NCBI GenBank assembly: GCA_001275005.1
Contig: JWZX01003334.1
Coordinates: 1-57,993 of the forward strand
Reading direction: 5' to 3'
Origin: Chrysochromulina tobinii
Lineage: Eukaryota
Length of the DNA stretch: 57,993 bases
The translations under genes were made by a program, and so were the position numbers. Each line of letters starts with the position of its first letter. Within the stretch, counting starts at the first letter, position 1. The notes below the pieces were generated by a model. It ran no database searches. It was not told where the DNA came from and saw nothing but the letters and a program-made list of their open reading frames with translations. This document shows positions 10,302 to 20,715 of this stretch, in pieces.

Positions 10302-11147
10302 ATGCCTCACGCGCGCATCATCGACACGTCCACGCCGTGGATCGCGATGCTGCGCAGCGTCGCGTCAACGACGCTCAACATTCGCGTCACAGACCTCATC
10401 GGCTTCTATGAATGCACGTCTAACGAGGTCGACATCCAGCAGCAGCTCCAGGTCGCAGGCATCAGCACAACGGTGGAGCAGGCATTCGACAGGTTGCTCT
10501 CCGGCTTCGACGATGGTCTCAACAAAGACACATTCCACACATTCCAGGTGCGGCCGTGCGACCACATCTCGGTGACCTTCGAATGGCTGGTGCGGGGCAG
10601 CGTGAAGCTCGCCTTCCGCTGTGCTGCCAGTGTGGAGCCGGCGCCTCGCATCCGCGACGAGCTGGTGCTGCCTCTGATGCGAGCCACGGAGCAGCTGCGG
10701 CTGCTCGTGCCACCGGCGGCGTCTGAGACGCAGGCGCAGTGGGAACCTCCACACACGCAGTGTGAAGGTAGCCTAACGGTGCCACGTGTGCAGCAGCTGC
10801 CGCTGGCCAACTTGAACGCTCCATTACTCGCTCAGATCCTTGAGCACGCGGGGCCCGACCGTCCTACCACTCGTGCTCCCACCGGGCCGGACGCTGCGGC
10901 ATGCGCATCCGCCGTCGGAGCCAACGCGCCGAGCTTACCTCAGGACGAGGCCTCCGCTGGCGCTTATCGATCGCTAGCAGTGGGAGCGGCAGACAACCTG
11001 GCAGCGGTCGCGTTTGAGCCGGCATCCGCGTCCATGTTGCCGCTGGCCCCGAGCGGCCTGAGCGAGGAGAGCGATGACATGGCGCGCAAGCGGAGGGCGA
11101 GGGAGGAGCGAGAGAGAAAGGCCAACAAGAAGATTCAGAAAAAATGA
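10302..11147 (+). CDS. XLF/Cernunnos (NHEJ1)-like non-homologous end-joining factor
   Basis: XRCC4/XLF-like head (IRVTDLIGFYE...FEW...LAFRC) followed by IRDELVLPLM, resembling XLF VSQHLIRPLM; disordered tail ending in a basic putative Ku-binding motif (RERKANKKIQKK). Confidence 0.55.
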   Translation: MPHARIIDTSTPWIAMLRSVASTTLNIRVTDLIGFYECTSNEVDIQQQLQVAGISTTVEQAFDRLLSGFDDGLNKDTFHTFQVRPCDHISVTFEWLVRGSVKLAFRCAASVEPAPRIRDELVLPLMRATEQLRLLVPPAASETQAQWEPPHTQCEGSLTVPRVQQLPLANLNAPLLAQILEHAGPDRPTTRAPTGPDAAACASAVGANAPSLPQDEASAGAYRSLAVGAADNLAAVAFEPASASMLPLAPSGLSEESDDMARKRRAREERERKANKKIQKK

Positions 11148-11184
11148 TGCGAGATTGGCCAGATGCGAGATTTGGCCAGATGCG
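11146..11184. repeat. 15/16-bp tandem repeat in 3' UTR
   Basis: gatgcgagattggcca gatgcgagatttggcca gatgcg. Confidence 0.8.
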
Positions 11185-11621
11185 ACTTTGCCCACTGGAC
11201 CAAGAGACTAGAGAGAGAGACGCCCGAGGGGCCGAGCCGCCATGCCGCCTTTACCCTTTTGAGCCATGCCTTGAGCTCTGATTAGCTGAAGATGAACCCC
11301 CATCTCAGCGATCAGGGGTCGAGCGATCGCGGAGAGCTGCAAGAGGCTGCGATCCCAAAATAGGAGCGGGGCGGGGTGTTCGCCTCTCAGCTGTTCTTCG
11401 AAGCTACGAAGCTCGAAGGCGAGGCCGCGAGCGCCGGCGGTCTGTGGATACGTACAACACGCGAATGTTCTTAGGTATGCAGTGGTCTAGGTCAGCTGTA
11501 CCGACACAGGGCCTCTATCGCTATGGACGGAGGTGTGGCCGACACAGGCCGTTAGGCATGGGGTGAGGCCCAGTCAACCTTCAAACCCAGGGTGTGTATT
11601 CCGACACGGCGCGATTCCGGA

Positions 11622-13347
11622 ATGGTGCGACCAGCGTGGTTGCTAATGCTGCCGATGGCTGTGCAATCCAAGGTGGTCGAGGGCGAGATGCGCCTCTCCT
11701 CGCAGGAGACCGAGCGGTACATGGCCAAGTTCAGCTTCTCGCCGAAGGAAGTGTCTTACATCTCTGGCCGCTTCGCCGCTCACAATGCAAACTACTTTGA
11801 CAACCAACCGCACGACCTCAACCTGTGCATGTACGACGAGAAGGCGTGGCAGAAGTTCCAAGAGATGACCCGCAAGGGTTCGCTCTGCGTCGAGCGGCAG
11901 AGGACTGCAACCTGGTCTACCAAGATTCACCCGACGCTGTCAGGCCGCACGCCCAACAACGACAAGAACCAAGACTATGAGTTCAAGTTCGAGTCGACGC
12001 TCACGGCGCCCGCGAAGAGCGCGCACTATTGGTTCGCCGTGCTCATGGACTGCTACCTCGAGGAGTACGACGCACACCCGCCCTCAATGCATTACGAGAT
12101 CACCTTGCTCAACGGTAAGTCGCATCTGCCAGCGGACGAGAGCGGCATGACGACGATGAACCTGGTCGTCTTCATCGGAATGGCTGCGTACGGCACGTTC
12201 TACTTTGGGCGCGCGATCGCACGCATGTACGAGCTGGGCCAAGCGCACCTCCTCACGCTGCTCTTCGCGCTCGCCTACGCCATGCAGACCGTCGCTGTGT
12301 TGTGCGAAATGCTGCACCTGCGCCGGTTCGCGAGCGGCGGCAAAGGCCTGCGTTGGCGGAATACGGTCTTCGCGCTCGATTTCTTCTCGGGGCTGCTGCA
12401 GGTGCGCCGCTGATGGCCACCCTGATGGCCTCCCTGATGGCCTCGCTGATGGCCTCGCTGATGGCCTCGCTGATTGCGCTCGACCTCTTCTGCAGTCGGT
12501 GAGTGAGCTGATTGCCTAATTACGTAATCACCGACTGATTACGTAATCACCTCTTCTGCAGTCGGTGAGTGAGCCGATCATCTCGGTGATGCTCATTGCA
12601 CTCGGCTTCGGGTGGACGCTCGGACTAGAGTCCCAAGAGCCTCTCTCTGGCCAGCTCGGCAAGCTGCTGGCGGGCCTCCACTCGCCGGGCAAGCTGCTGC
12701 GATCGGCGCTCACGCCTTCGACGCTGCTGCTCGGGACCATCGCCGCGGCACAGCTCGGCCTGCTCGCTATGGGCCGAAGATACGAAGAGGACTTCAACAA
12801 GTTCCACGACTTTGAGCACGCTCCGGGCCTCGCGCTGCTCGGCATCCGGCTCGCTCTGTGCGCACTCTTCGGGTGGGCACTCCGTCGCTCTCTGCGTGTC
12901 GAGAGGCAGAAGGACGTGCGCGATTTCTTTGGCGCCCTTGCCTTTTTTGGCTCGATCTGGTTTGCTGGCCTCCCAATTCTCGTGCTGTTTGCGCTCGTGC
13001 TGCCGCCGTACCGTCGGCACCAGGTGGTGGCGGGGGGCTCCGTCTTAGTCCAAGTGCGCCCCGCCCGCCGCCCAACCCGTCCGCCGCCTGCTGCCACATC
13101 CTACCCGTCCCCCTTCCCCACATCCTACCAGACCCGTCCATCGCGCCCCTCACCCTTCCTTTCCTCCGACCTCCCGTAGGCTGTCACGCTCGCGCTCCTC
13201 TCAGCGCTGTTCCGCGAGGGCTCGCAGTACTACAAGATGTCGAGCTTGCGATTCGTCGGCTCTGGCGGCAGCGGTGGCGGCGGAGGCTTCTCGATGGGAA
13301 GCGCGATGAGACCGCGTGGGCTTGGGGCCAAGATCGCCGTCGACTGA
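11622..13347 (+). CDS. GPR180/TMEM145-family 7TM protein; exons 11622-12401, 12562-13053, 13180-13347
   Basis: Signal peptide; lumenal domain (AKFSF...HYWFAVLMDC...HYEITLLN..SHLPADE); MLHLRRFASGGKG, LIALGFGWT, hydrophobic helices. Both phase-0 GTGCGC..AG introns restore the frame to SQYYKMSSL...KIAVD*. Confidence 0.85.
12402..12561 (+). other. Repeat-containing intron with duplicated 3' splice site
   Basis: ~5 copies of CTGATGGCC(A/T)C(C/G), then CTGATTGC; ACCTCTTCTGCAG|TCGGTGAGTGAGC present twice (12483-12508, 12549-12574); palindrome TGATTACGTAATCA between them. Confidence 0.8.
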
Positions 13348-14311
13348 TGAAGACTTTCCGTCCGAGACGGGCATGCAAAACACAGTGAAAGCATCCACGA
13401 TCGTTTGGCACAGCTACGCTTGCCTCGCCTCCCCTGGCCCTCGACCTGGCCCTGCCGGTGGGCGGCGCCGTGCCCGGAACCCCACGACTATAGATTCCGC
13501 ATTCCCCATACGCCGGCCGCGCGAGTAATCGCGGCGAAAGTTAATGGTACGTTAGCTACCGCGGCCGGTGCGCGGTAGCTACGGTGCGTCTGCGTGGACG
13601 GCGTGACCGGCCCAGACCCGCTGCTCCTGCGACCCGCCGCCGACGCGACGTTATGGCATATCGGGTTATTCTGCGAAATCGATATAGAAATCGATGTCCT
13701 AGGCCTAGCGGAATGTCCGGGCTCCGAGCTGAAATTTGAATTTTGATCGTAATTTTTTGACGCACCGCGTCCCTGCGGGACCGGCGCGCGGCCCGAGCCA
13801 CGAGCGTCGGCCTCCGGTGGTGGCCGCCCGCGCGCCCGGGCGTACGAACCCCCGTACGGTCGCGGCGCCCGCTAGGCGCCCGCCCGGCGCGGCGGGGCGC
13901 CGGGCGCGCGCCCGCGCGGCCGCGCGGCAAGGGGCATAGGCGATTTGAATCGGACATTGCACACTTGACATCGGTAGGACCTGCCGTGCGGATCGTACCC
14001 GACCGTCCGGACTGCGGGACCGCGCACAAGCGGCGCCGACGGAGGCAAGCAGACGCGCAGAAGACGCGCACGACGACACCGGGTGTGCGCAGCCACGCGG
14101 CGAGAAACTCATCACACGACAACATCCGCGCGCTCATCCGCGCGCACAGCATGGTGTTTCTGAACGGACGCACGCACGCGCACGGCAGCCCACCGGCATG
14201 GCCCAGTGAGAGTTGAGAGCAGCTACACGCCGCCCCAACCTCCCGACTCAGCCTCGTGCCGACGGGGACGACTCGAGATGCAATCTCCCGAGGTGCGCGC
14301 ACGGGGACGAC

Positions 14312-16373
14312 TCAGCCTCGTGCCGACGCCGCCCGTGCGCTGTGGCTCCCGAGCGACGCCCGGTTGGCGCCGCCGCCGCCGCCCGCCTTGAGCTCCGCGG
14401 CAGCCCTCCCAGTACTGCGCGGCGAGGGCGCGCGCGCCAGGCTCGCAGGCAGCACTACCCCTGGCCGCTCTCCACGTGGCGAAGCAGAGCCACGCCTCGA
14501 GGAAGCCGCACCGCTGGGCGCGGTACCGGGCGCCGTGACGGGACGCAATGGCGGCGGCGTCGCGCCGCGCAGAGGGACACGGCCGCTGACAGACGCTGCC
14601 GCCGAGGGCGGCGCAAACGCTGACGAGCCGGCCGCCGCCGTCGCGCTGCCACCGCCATAGGCTTGCATGACGTCCGCCGATGTGGAGCCGAGCGAGCGCG
14701 TGATCGAGGCACGGCCGCCGCGGGTCGGGCTCGAGGCCTTGGCGAGCGACGCGGCCTCCTCGAGCCTTCGCAACTCGGCGGACTCAGCTGCCTGAGCCCT
14801 CACAGCCTCTCGAGCTCGCTCGATCTCGCGCGCCATCTCGTTCTCGTGCTCAAACTCGGCCTGCCGGCGCGACGCCGACCCCTCCTCGACGACCTTCTCG
14901 AGGCGCTCCAGGCGGCGCTGGCACCGCGCTGCCTCGTCGAGGAAGCCGTAGTCCTCGAGGAACTGAAGGACCGCGCGCTCACGCTGTGCGAGCCGTGCCT
15001 CGAAGTACATGGGCGGCAGAGCTCCCGCGCGCGCGGCGTCATCGAGCGTTGTGGCAAGTTTCTTGAGCTCAACTGTGGGGAGAGGGCGCCGTGGTGAGCA
15101 CATGCATGCAAGCCGAACGCATCGCGGGCCAGGAATGAAATGGCATTCGGAGCTTACCTGGGCACAGAAGTAACGGCCGGCTGTCGAGCTCTCCAAGGTG
15201 GAGGGCGCCGTTCATCAGGCAGCGCCCGTACACGCACGTCGCCATCCCAAGCAGCCGCCCGACTGCATTGCCCAGCACGCCGGATGCGCGGTGCAGATAG
15301 GTAGCATGCGTCGCCACCGAGCGGCAGATGTACGAAAAGGCGACGGCATCGTCGATGTCGACGAGCGCGTCCGCGTCGGCAAACGAGCCGAACGAGACCA
15401 CCGCCACGCCCCGCAGCGGTTGTACCTCCGAGTACGTTGGTAAGGGGAGCTTGGGCGGTGGCGGCCCGCTGCTCGCGCCCGCGGCGGCGCTCGCGGCCGC
15501 GCTCGCTTGCTTGGCTGCTCTGCGGTTCGCGGCGGCCATCTCAAAGCCGGGCGGCGCCGTGACGAGCGATTCCTCCTCATTCGGCTCGGCCGGCGCCTCG
15601 CTCGCGGGTGCCGCCGCGGGCGCCGCCGCGGGTGCCGCCCCGCCGCCTCGGTAAGACTCGAGGGCTCCCAATTCTTCCATTGTGTACGCGATGAGCAGAA
15701 AGGCATCCTTGGGCTTGTGCCGGTAGAGGATGTCAAGGGCGTCGTTAGACGAGAGGAGCCACCTGCCATCCGCGCCGGCGCCCCGCTTCATACCTGCCGT
15801 CTCGCGCTCCGTCACTGTCGAGGCTGGCAGCAGCCTGACGTCGATGCCGAACGATGCGCGCACAAAGTCGACGAGGCATTTGGAGGGCGGCGCGCCGGTA
15901 GCGCGGCCGAGCGGCATGAGGTAAATGGTGCGCACCATCGGCGAGGGCACAGAACGGCCGGGCCGGCAGAACTGCGCCACCGTCTGCCCTGGCCGATCCG
16001 CCTCGCCCAGCTGGTTTTTGCCAAGCCAGTCCTCCGGCCGCGGCAGCGGCAGAGGCTCGGAGGTGTCCCAGCAGAGCGAGAGCGCCGTCGTGGGATCTTC
16101 GCCGAGCGCCTTTTGGCGTGACGCAGCGTCGCACGGCGGGTGCCAACGCTTTGCGAGCCGCGCCTTCTCCTCGGCGGCGGCGATGGCAGCCTCATGAGCC
16201 AGCCGAGCCGCGCTCAGCTCTTCCTCAGCTGCGGCTCGGCTAGCCTCCGCCTTGGCAAGCTTGGCGCGCAGATCTTCGACCTTTGCTTCCTCCTTTGAAA
16301 ACGCCGCATCCGCAGCGGCCAGCCGCGCCGCCGAGGCGTCTGTAGCGGACGCCGGCCCCCCTTTCTCGGGCAT
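14312..16373 (-). CDS. Archaemetzincin-like (peptidase M54) protein, zinc motif degenerate; intron 15073-15157
   Basis: PRPEDWL..GQT..F, TIYLMPLG, KPKDAFLLIAYTMEEL, CVYGRCLMNG..LGELDSRPLLLCP|VELKKL after splicing G|GTAAGC...CCCCACAG|TT; HExxHxxGxxH replaced by NAVGRLLGMAT. Confidence 0.8.
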
Positions 16374-16602
16374 GGCCGCGCTGTACTCCGCCTTCACGAA
16401 TTGGAAAACGCTCGATATGGCGCTCGAAACCGAAAGCGTCAAGCAAGCGAGCAAGAAATGATGAGAGCCTGTCTAAGCAAACCGGCGAGCCACAGGCGCA
16501 GTCGCTCACGCGAACCGCCAGCCCCGCGCGCGCTACCCGGTAGCGGCTTTTGGCTCAATATCCTCTAATCCTCAGGGTTGCTCAGGAAAGGTTGGCCCAT
16601 AC

Positions 16603-17364
16603 CTAGCGCGTTTGCTTGCCCTTTCGGTACCGTCGTGCTAGGAGCTCACCCACCCGCAGCGTCCTGTGCACCACGAAGCTCTCACGCCCCCACTCGCACG
16701 CCTCGACGATTCGCGCTGCCTCTTCGAAGCGCACGGCGCCGCGCTTCTCGCCGAGGTCGAACATCTCGGGCAGCCGCTGGCCGACGGTGACGATGCGTGC
16801 GCCCTCGGGCAGCTCGGTGGCCAGCTTGGCGGCAAGGCGCTGCATGATAGCTGGACCCCACGTGACGCAGCACACGAAGACTAAGGTAGCGTCGGCTAAC
16901 GGGTGATCGAACAGGTCGCCGCAGTGCAGCTCCACAGCCTCGGCCATGAGGCTAACATTTGGAACCGCACCGCTCTCTGCAGCGAGTATCGCCGCACGCA
17001 ACTCTACAAATCGCCACGCCGGCTTGAGAGCCGCCTCATGCAGGTCCTGCAGCAGCTCCACGCCGACGCATCGAGAGAAATTGTGCAAAAGTGCGGCCGC
17101 AAGGACTCCGCGCCCTATGCCCGAGCCCAGATCCACGAACACGCCGCCTGGTGTGCCGTCGATTGCGGCACACAGCACCTGAGTCATGCAGGAAAATGGC
17201 ACATCTCCGTAGGTTAGGTCCGCGGCATCCGTCACCCGAGCGATCCCCTGCCGCTCCGCACTGGATTGCGACAGCATGTAGCCAGCGGCACTCGGCAGGT
17301 TTGCCTCTTCGTAGAGGCGATCGAAAAGCGCCTCCGCCAGGGCGTATCTATCATCGGCAGCCAT
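16603..17364 (-). CDS. DOT1-like SAM-dependent methyltransferase
   Basis: LTYGD, VFVDLGSGIGR, CVGVELL, GDLF..ADATLVF, ELPEGARIVT. Confidence 0.8.
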   Translation of the reverse strand: MAADDRYALAEALFDRLYEEANLPSAAGYMLSQSSAERQGIARVTDAADLTYGDVPFSCMTQVLCAAIDGTPGGVFVDLGSGIGRGVLAAALLHNFSRCVGVELLQDLHEAALKPAWRFVELRAAILAAESGAVPNVSLMAEAVELHCGDLFDHPLADATLVFVCCVTWGPAIMQRLAAKLATELPEGARIVTVGQRLPEMFDLGEKRGAVRFEEAARIVEACEWGRESFVVHRTLRVGELLARRYRKGKQTR

Positions 17365-17680
17365 GCCGTGACCAGAAGAAGTTACCGAAACTTCCTCGTG
17401 GGCTGTTAATACCCGGTACTCGGCGGCGAATACACAGTTCTTCGTGCCCTACCAGTTGCCCTACAAAACTGCATGAACATACCGAGATTGCGAGAACCGT
17501 GCGACACGCCCGTGGGCCGACACGCCGCGCGCACAGACCTGTGACGCTACAAAGCAGTACCTATGCCACACTTGGCTCTTGTGACCCTATGGGTTAGGCT
17601 CTATGCGGCGAACGCGCAGAGCGCGGCCGCCCCTGTTGGCTCAGGTGCCCGTGAGTGCCACCCGACGCCATCGAAGCCTC

Positions 17681-18367
17681 TTACAGTGACCCGCTCGCAG
17701 ACGGTGAGCGATGCGGCGTGCAATGTGATGGTCGCCGCTCATGCTTCTGCCGCGGTGGGGTGGAACTGAAGCTTTGCTGCTGCTCGTCGCCTCCAGCATC
17801 GACGGCGCCGCTGCCGCCAGCGCCTCCGTTGCGGCCTAGCGCTGTCTGCAGCAAGTGCAAAACGAGTGCACGTGCGGGATCAGAGTGGCTACCCAGGCTC
17901 CCGGAGCGGCTGCCACCGCTGAGCGTGTCCGAGCGGCGCGGGAAAGCATCGAGCGGCGAGGAGCGGCTCAAGCTCACTTCTTGCTGGAAGCACGACTGCA
18001 GCTCCCGACGCTCCGAGAGCATGTTGGGGCGTTCTGAGCCAGATACGGCCTCGCCACGCCTATGGCTATGATCCCGGAAGGCACGCGCGATGGTGTGGTG
18101 CGGGTGCACGCAATGAGACGTAGTCGACGACGGCCATGTGGCTCGTCGCACGGTGGCACCCGCACCCGCACCGCTGATGTGCTTAGCACGCTCAGCAGCC
18201 TGAATCGCGCTACGTGTTGCCGCCGCCCGTGCCGCCTGCGTGTTGCGCTCCTCCACGGTCCACGGCCGCGCCGCTTGCGCCTCCGCCTTGACCAGGCGCG
18301 CTTCCTCTTCCCCCTCTTGGAGTCCGAGTATCCGCAGTATCTTTGAATCGTTGTGCCCGGCCGTCAT
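17681..18367 (-). CDS. Hypothetical protein
   Basis: 228-aa ATG ORF filling an otherwise empty interval; helical N-terminus; no recognisable motif; exon structure uncertain. Confidence 0.4.
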   Translation of the reverse strand: MTAGHNDSKILRILGLQEGEEEARLVKAEAQAARPWTVEERNTQAARAAATRSAIQAAERAKHISGAGAGATVRRATWPSSTTSHCVHPHHTIARAFRDHSHRRGEAVSGSERPNMLSERRELQSCFQQEVSLSRSSPLDAFPRRSDTLSGGSRSGSLGSHSDPARALVLHLLQTALGRNGGAGGSGAVDAGGDEQQQSFSSTPPRQKHERRPSHCTPHRSPSASGSL

Positions 18368-18587
18368 CAGCTCGGCAGCACTGGGAAGACCACAGAGAGA
18401 CTTTGGACCATGAGCACAAACATGCGCAAGTTCGCAGTGGCCGCGATTTCATGGGAAATTACTGGCAAATAATTTGATTTCAGGGTCTGCGCGGCACAAA
18501 GTCTTTCTGTGGACGTGCGGACGTCCGAAGTCCAGAAGCCCCCCTCAGTTCCCCCCTCCCTTTTTCCTAGCCTCACGTAATTGAGAA

Positions 18588-18959
18588 ATGCTGCGTCGTG
18601 CCACGCATCTCGTTCAGCGCCGTGCCGCGCCTCTCGTTATGCGCCATGGCCCCGAGCGCCCACTGTGCAGCGCGGTTAGCGCTGCCAAGGCCTCGTTGAT
18701 TCGGGATCTTCTCGTCAACAAGAGTGCCCTCTTCAAGAAGCTTGACAAAGATGGCAGCGGAAGCGTGGATGCAAAGGAGCTAGCGGAAGCCCTGAAGGCG
18801 GCTGGTGCCACGAAGGTCACCGTTGAGCAGGCGGCGGCCATCATCAAGGAAGCTGACAAGGACGGAAACGGCTCCATAGAGATCAATGAGCTTGCAGGAG
18901 TGTTGACCAAGGGGACCCTCTTCGCTGGTGTGATCCGTGGCACGGGGTCGCGGCATTAA
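18588..18959 (+). CDS. Small two-EF-hand Ca2+-binding protein with mitochondrial-like presequence
   Basis: Canonical loops DKDGSGSVDAKE and DKDGNGSIEINE; Arg-rich N-terminus MLRRATHLVQRRAAP with no acidic residues. Confidence 0.85.
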   Translation: MLRRATHLVQRRAAPLVMRHGPERPLCSAVSAAKASLIRDLLVNKSALFKKLDKDGSGSVDAKELAEALKAAGATKVTVEQAAAIIKEADKDGNGSIEINELAGVLTKGTLFAGVIRGTGSRH

Positions 18960-19821
18960 TGTACGGCGAGACTTTGAATTCGAATTGGTCTGAGCACTTG
19001 CCGAATGCGCGACGCTCTGGCAACCTAATCGTGGCGCTCTATGAGTAGGAGAAACACTCATCTCTTTGGATTTACTCCAAAACCTCTGACTCTTGGCCAC
19101 GCCTCTCGCCCGTCACACCGAGTACTCCACCCAAAGTCCTCAGCTCGCGAAGTTGGTGACGGCCCATGTGCTTTTTTTCTCCTCAGGAGAGCGAAGTTGT
19201 ATGCATATAACTAAAAAATAAAACTTCCCCGCAGTCCGGAGGACGCACACACCGGACCGCTCCGCCTCTCCTCCGCGGGCCGCGTGTGCCCGCGGCGGCC
19301 ATGCCGGCGGCCCGGCTCTAACCCGGGAGTACTCCCGGCTCGGGCCCCCGTACCCCGTAGGCGTGTAGAACTGATGTAGAACGTGATCGCCCCATGTCGG
19401 GGACGTGTTGTGCAGGAAGGGACGCGCGGCTCTCTCTCTGAAACGTCTCGGACCGCTCGAGCGCATCCACGTTCCGTTCCGGACCCGGCGGTCGCCACGG
19501 CTACCTGATCCGGCCTGACTGAGGCCTGACGCTTCCGTTTGCTTCCGTGGCCGCTCCTGGTGCTATATGCACCTCGAAAAGGTGCTCAAAGCCATATGCA
19601 TATAGCTAGGTATGCGTTTTACGTTAAGTAAGTACAAGCGATATGTGGTCCACACCCTACTCGCTACTCGGTAGTTGTACAAACGTGCACAGCGCCGAGG
19701 AACGCCAAGGTTCAGTGGTGGTATATAGATGATCTGCAGCCCGACAAAGCCGCGCTATTGAGCTTGCCTGGTGCCCCAGCATCGGAAGAGTCTATGATCG
19801 TGCTTGGCTGGTACTCTCATT

Positions 19822-20562
19822 TCAGAGCTCGTCGGCGTACTTAAAGCTGTGTTTGCCCTCGTGCATCTCGTCCAGGATGCGCTCCCGACGCTTCTGGACC
19901 TCACGCTCCTCGCGCTGTTCGACCTCAGGCGTGCGAAGCTCGACCAGACGCACGCGCGTGCCGTCGGGTTTGAAGTTCATCGGATTTAGCCTCGCGGCCT
20001 GCTCGAAAAGGAGCGATGGGTCGTCGGGCGCGTTGGTGTCTGAGTCTGAGTCGAACTCGTCGACGCCTCGCGCGAGCAGCTTGCCCAGGGACCAGTACGC
20101 CTGCGCGCTCTTGGAATTTATCTTTGAGGTGATGCCTTTGAAGACCGCTATAGCCTCGGCGATCCGCTCGTCGTCCTGCAGTGCCTGCCCGAAAGAATAG
20201 TGCGACATCTCATCCCAGGGGTTGAGTGCGAGTGCGGCCTTGAAGGCGGGCACCGGGTCTTCGTTCGCCCTTTTTGGATTCGCCTGGCGGAGCTCATGCT
20301 GCACAAAGCCCAGCCGATAGTACGCGTATGCAAAATCGGGCTTGGCTTGGATGGCCGATCGGAAGGCCTCGATCGCACCCACGAGGTCGCCCTGCATGTG
20401 GGCCATCGTCCCGCGTTGGTGATGGTGCATCGCCAGTGTTTTATCGGCGCTCGGAGGTGAAGCTGACTCATCCTCCAAACGCTTCTTCTTCTTCTTGGCT
20501 TGCACGCCGGCCAGAAGAAGCCAGTAGACAACGACGGCGAGGACAAGGCCGCGGGACGACAT
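19822..20562 (-). CDS. Secretory-pathway TPR protein
   Basis: Signal peptide (LVLAVVVYWLLLAGVQA); TPRs (AIEAFRSAIQAKPDFAYAYYRLG; FKAALALNP..SHYSFGQAL); C-terminal ADEL. Confidence 0.8.
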   Translation of the reverse strand: MSSRGLVLAVVVYWLLLAGVQAKKKKKRLEDESASPPSADKTLAMHHHQRGTMAHMQGDLVGAIEAFRSAIQAKPDFAYAYYRLGFVQHELRQANPKRANEDPVPAFKAALALNPWDEMSHYSFGQALQDDERIAEAIAVFKGITSKINSKSAQAYWSLGKLLARGVDEFDSDSDTNAPDDPSLLFEQAARLNPMNFKPDGTRVRLVELRTPEVEQREEREVQKRRERILDEMHEGKHSFKYADEL

Positions 20563-20715
20563 CTCCGGAAGGTCGTTCACGCGCTGCGCTCGCATTTTGT
20601 GGTTCGCGGCCCGACAGAGTCGGCCTAATGTGAAGAACCTGAATTTTTGATATGGAAATGAGTTCGAGTACATGTATCAGTTCGAGATTTGATGCGGAAC
20701 ACTCTCTGCAACACA

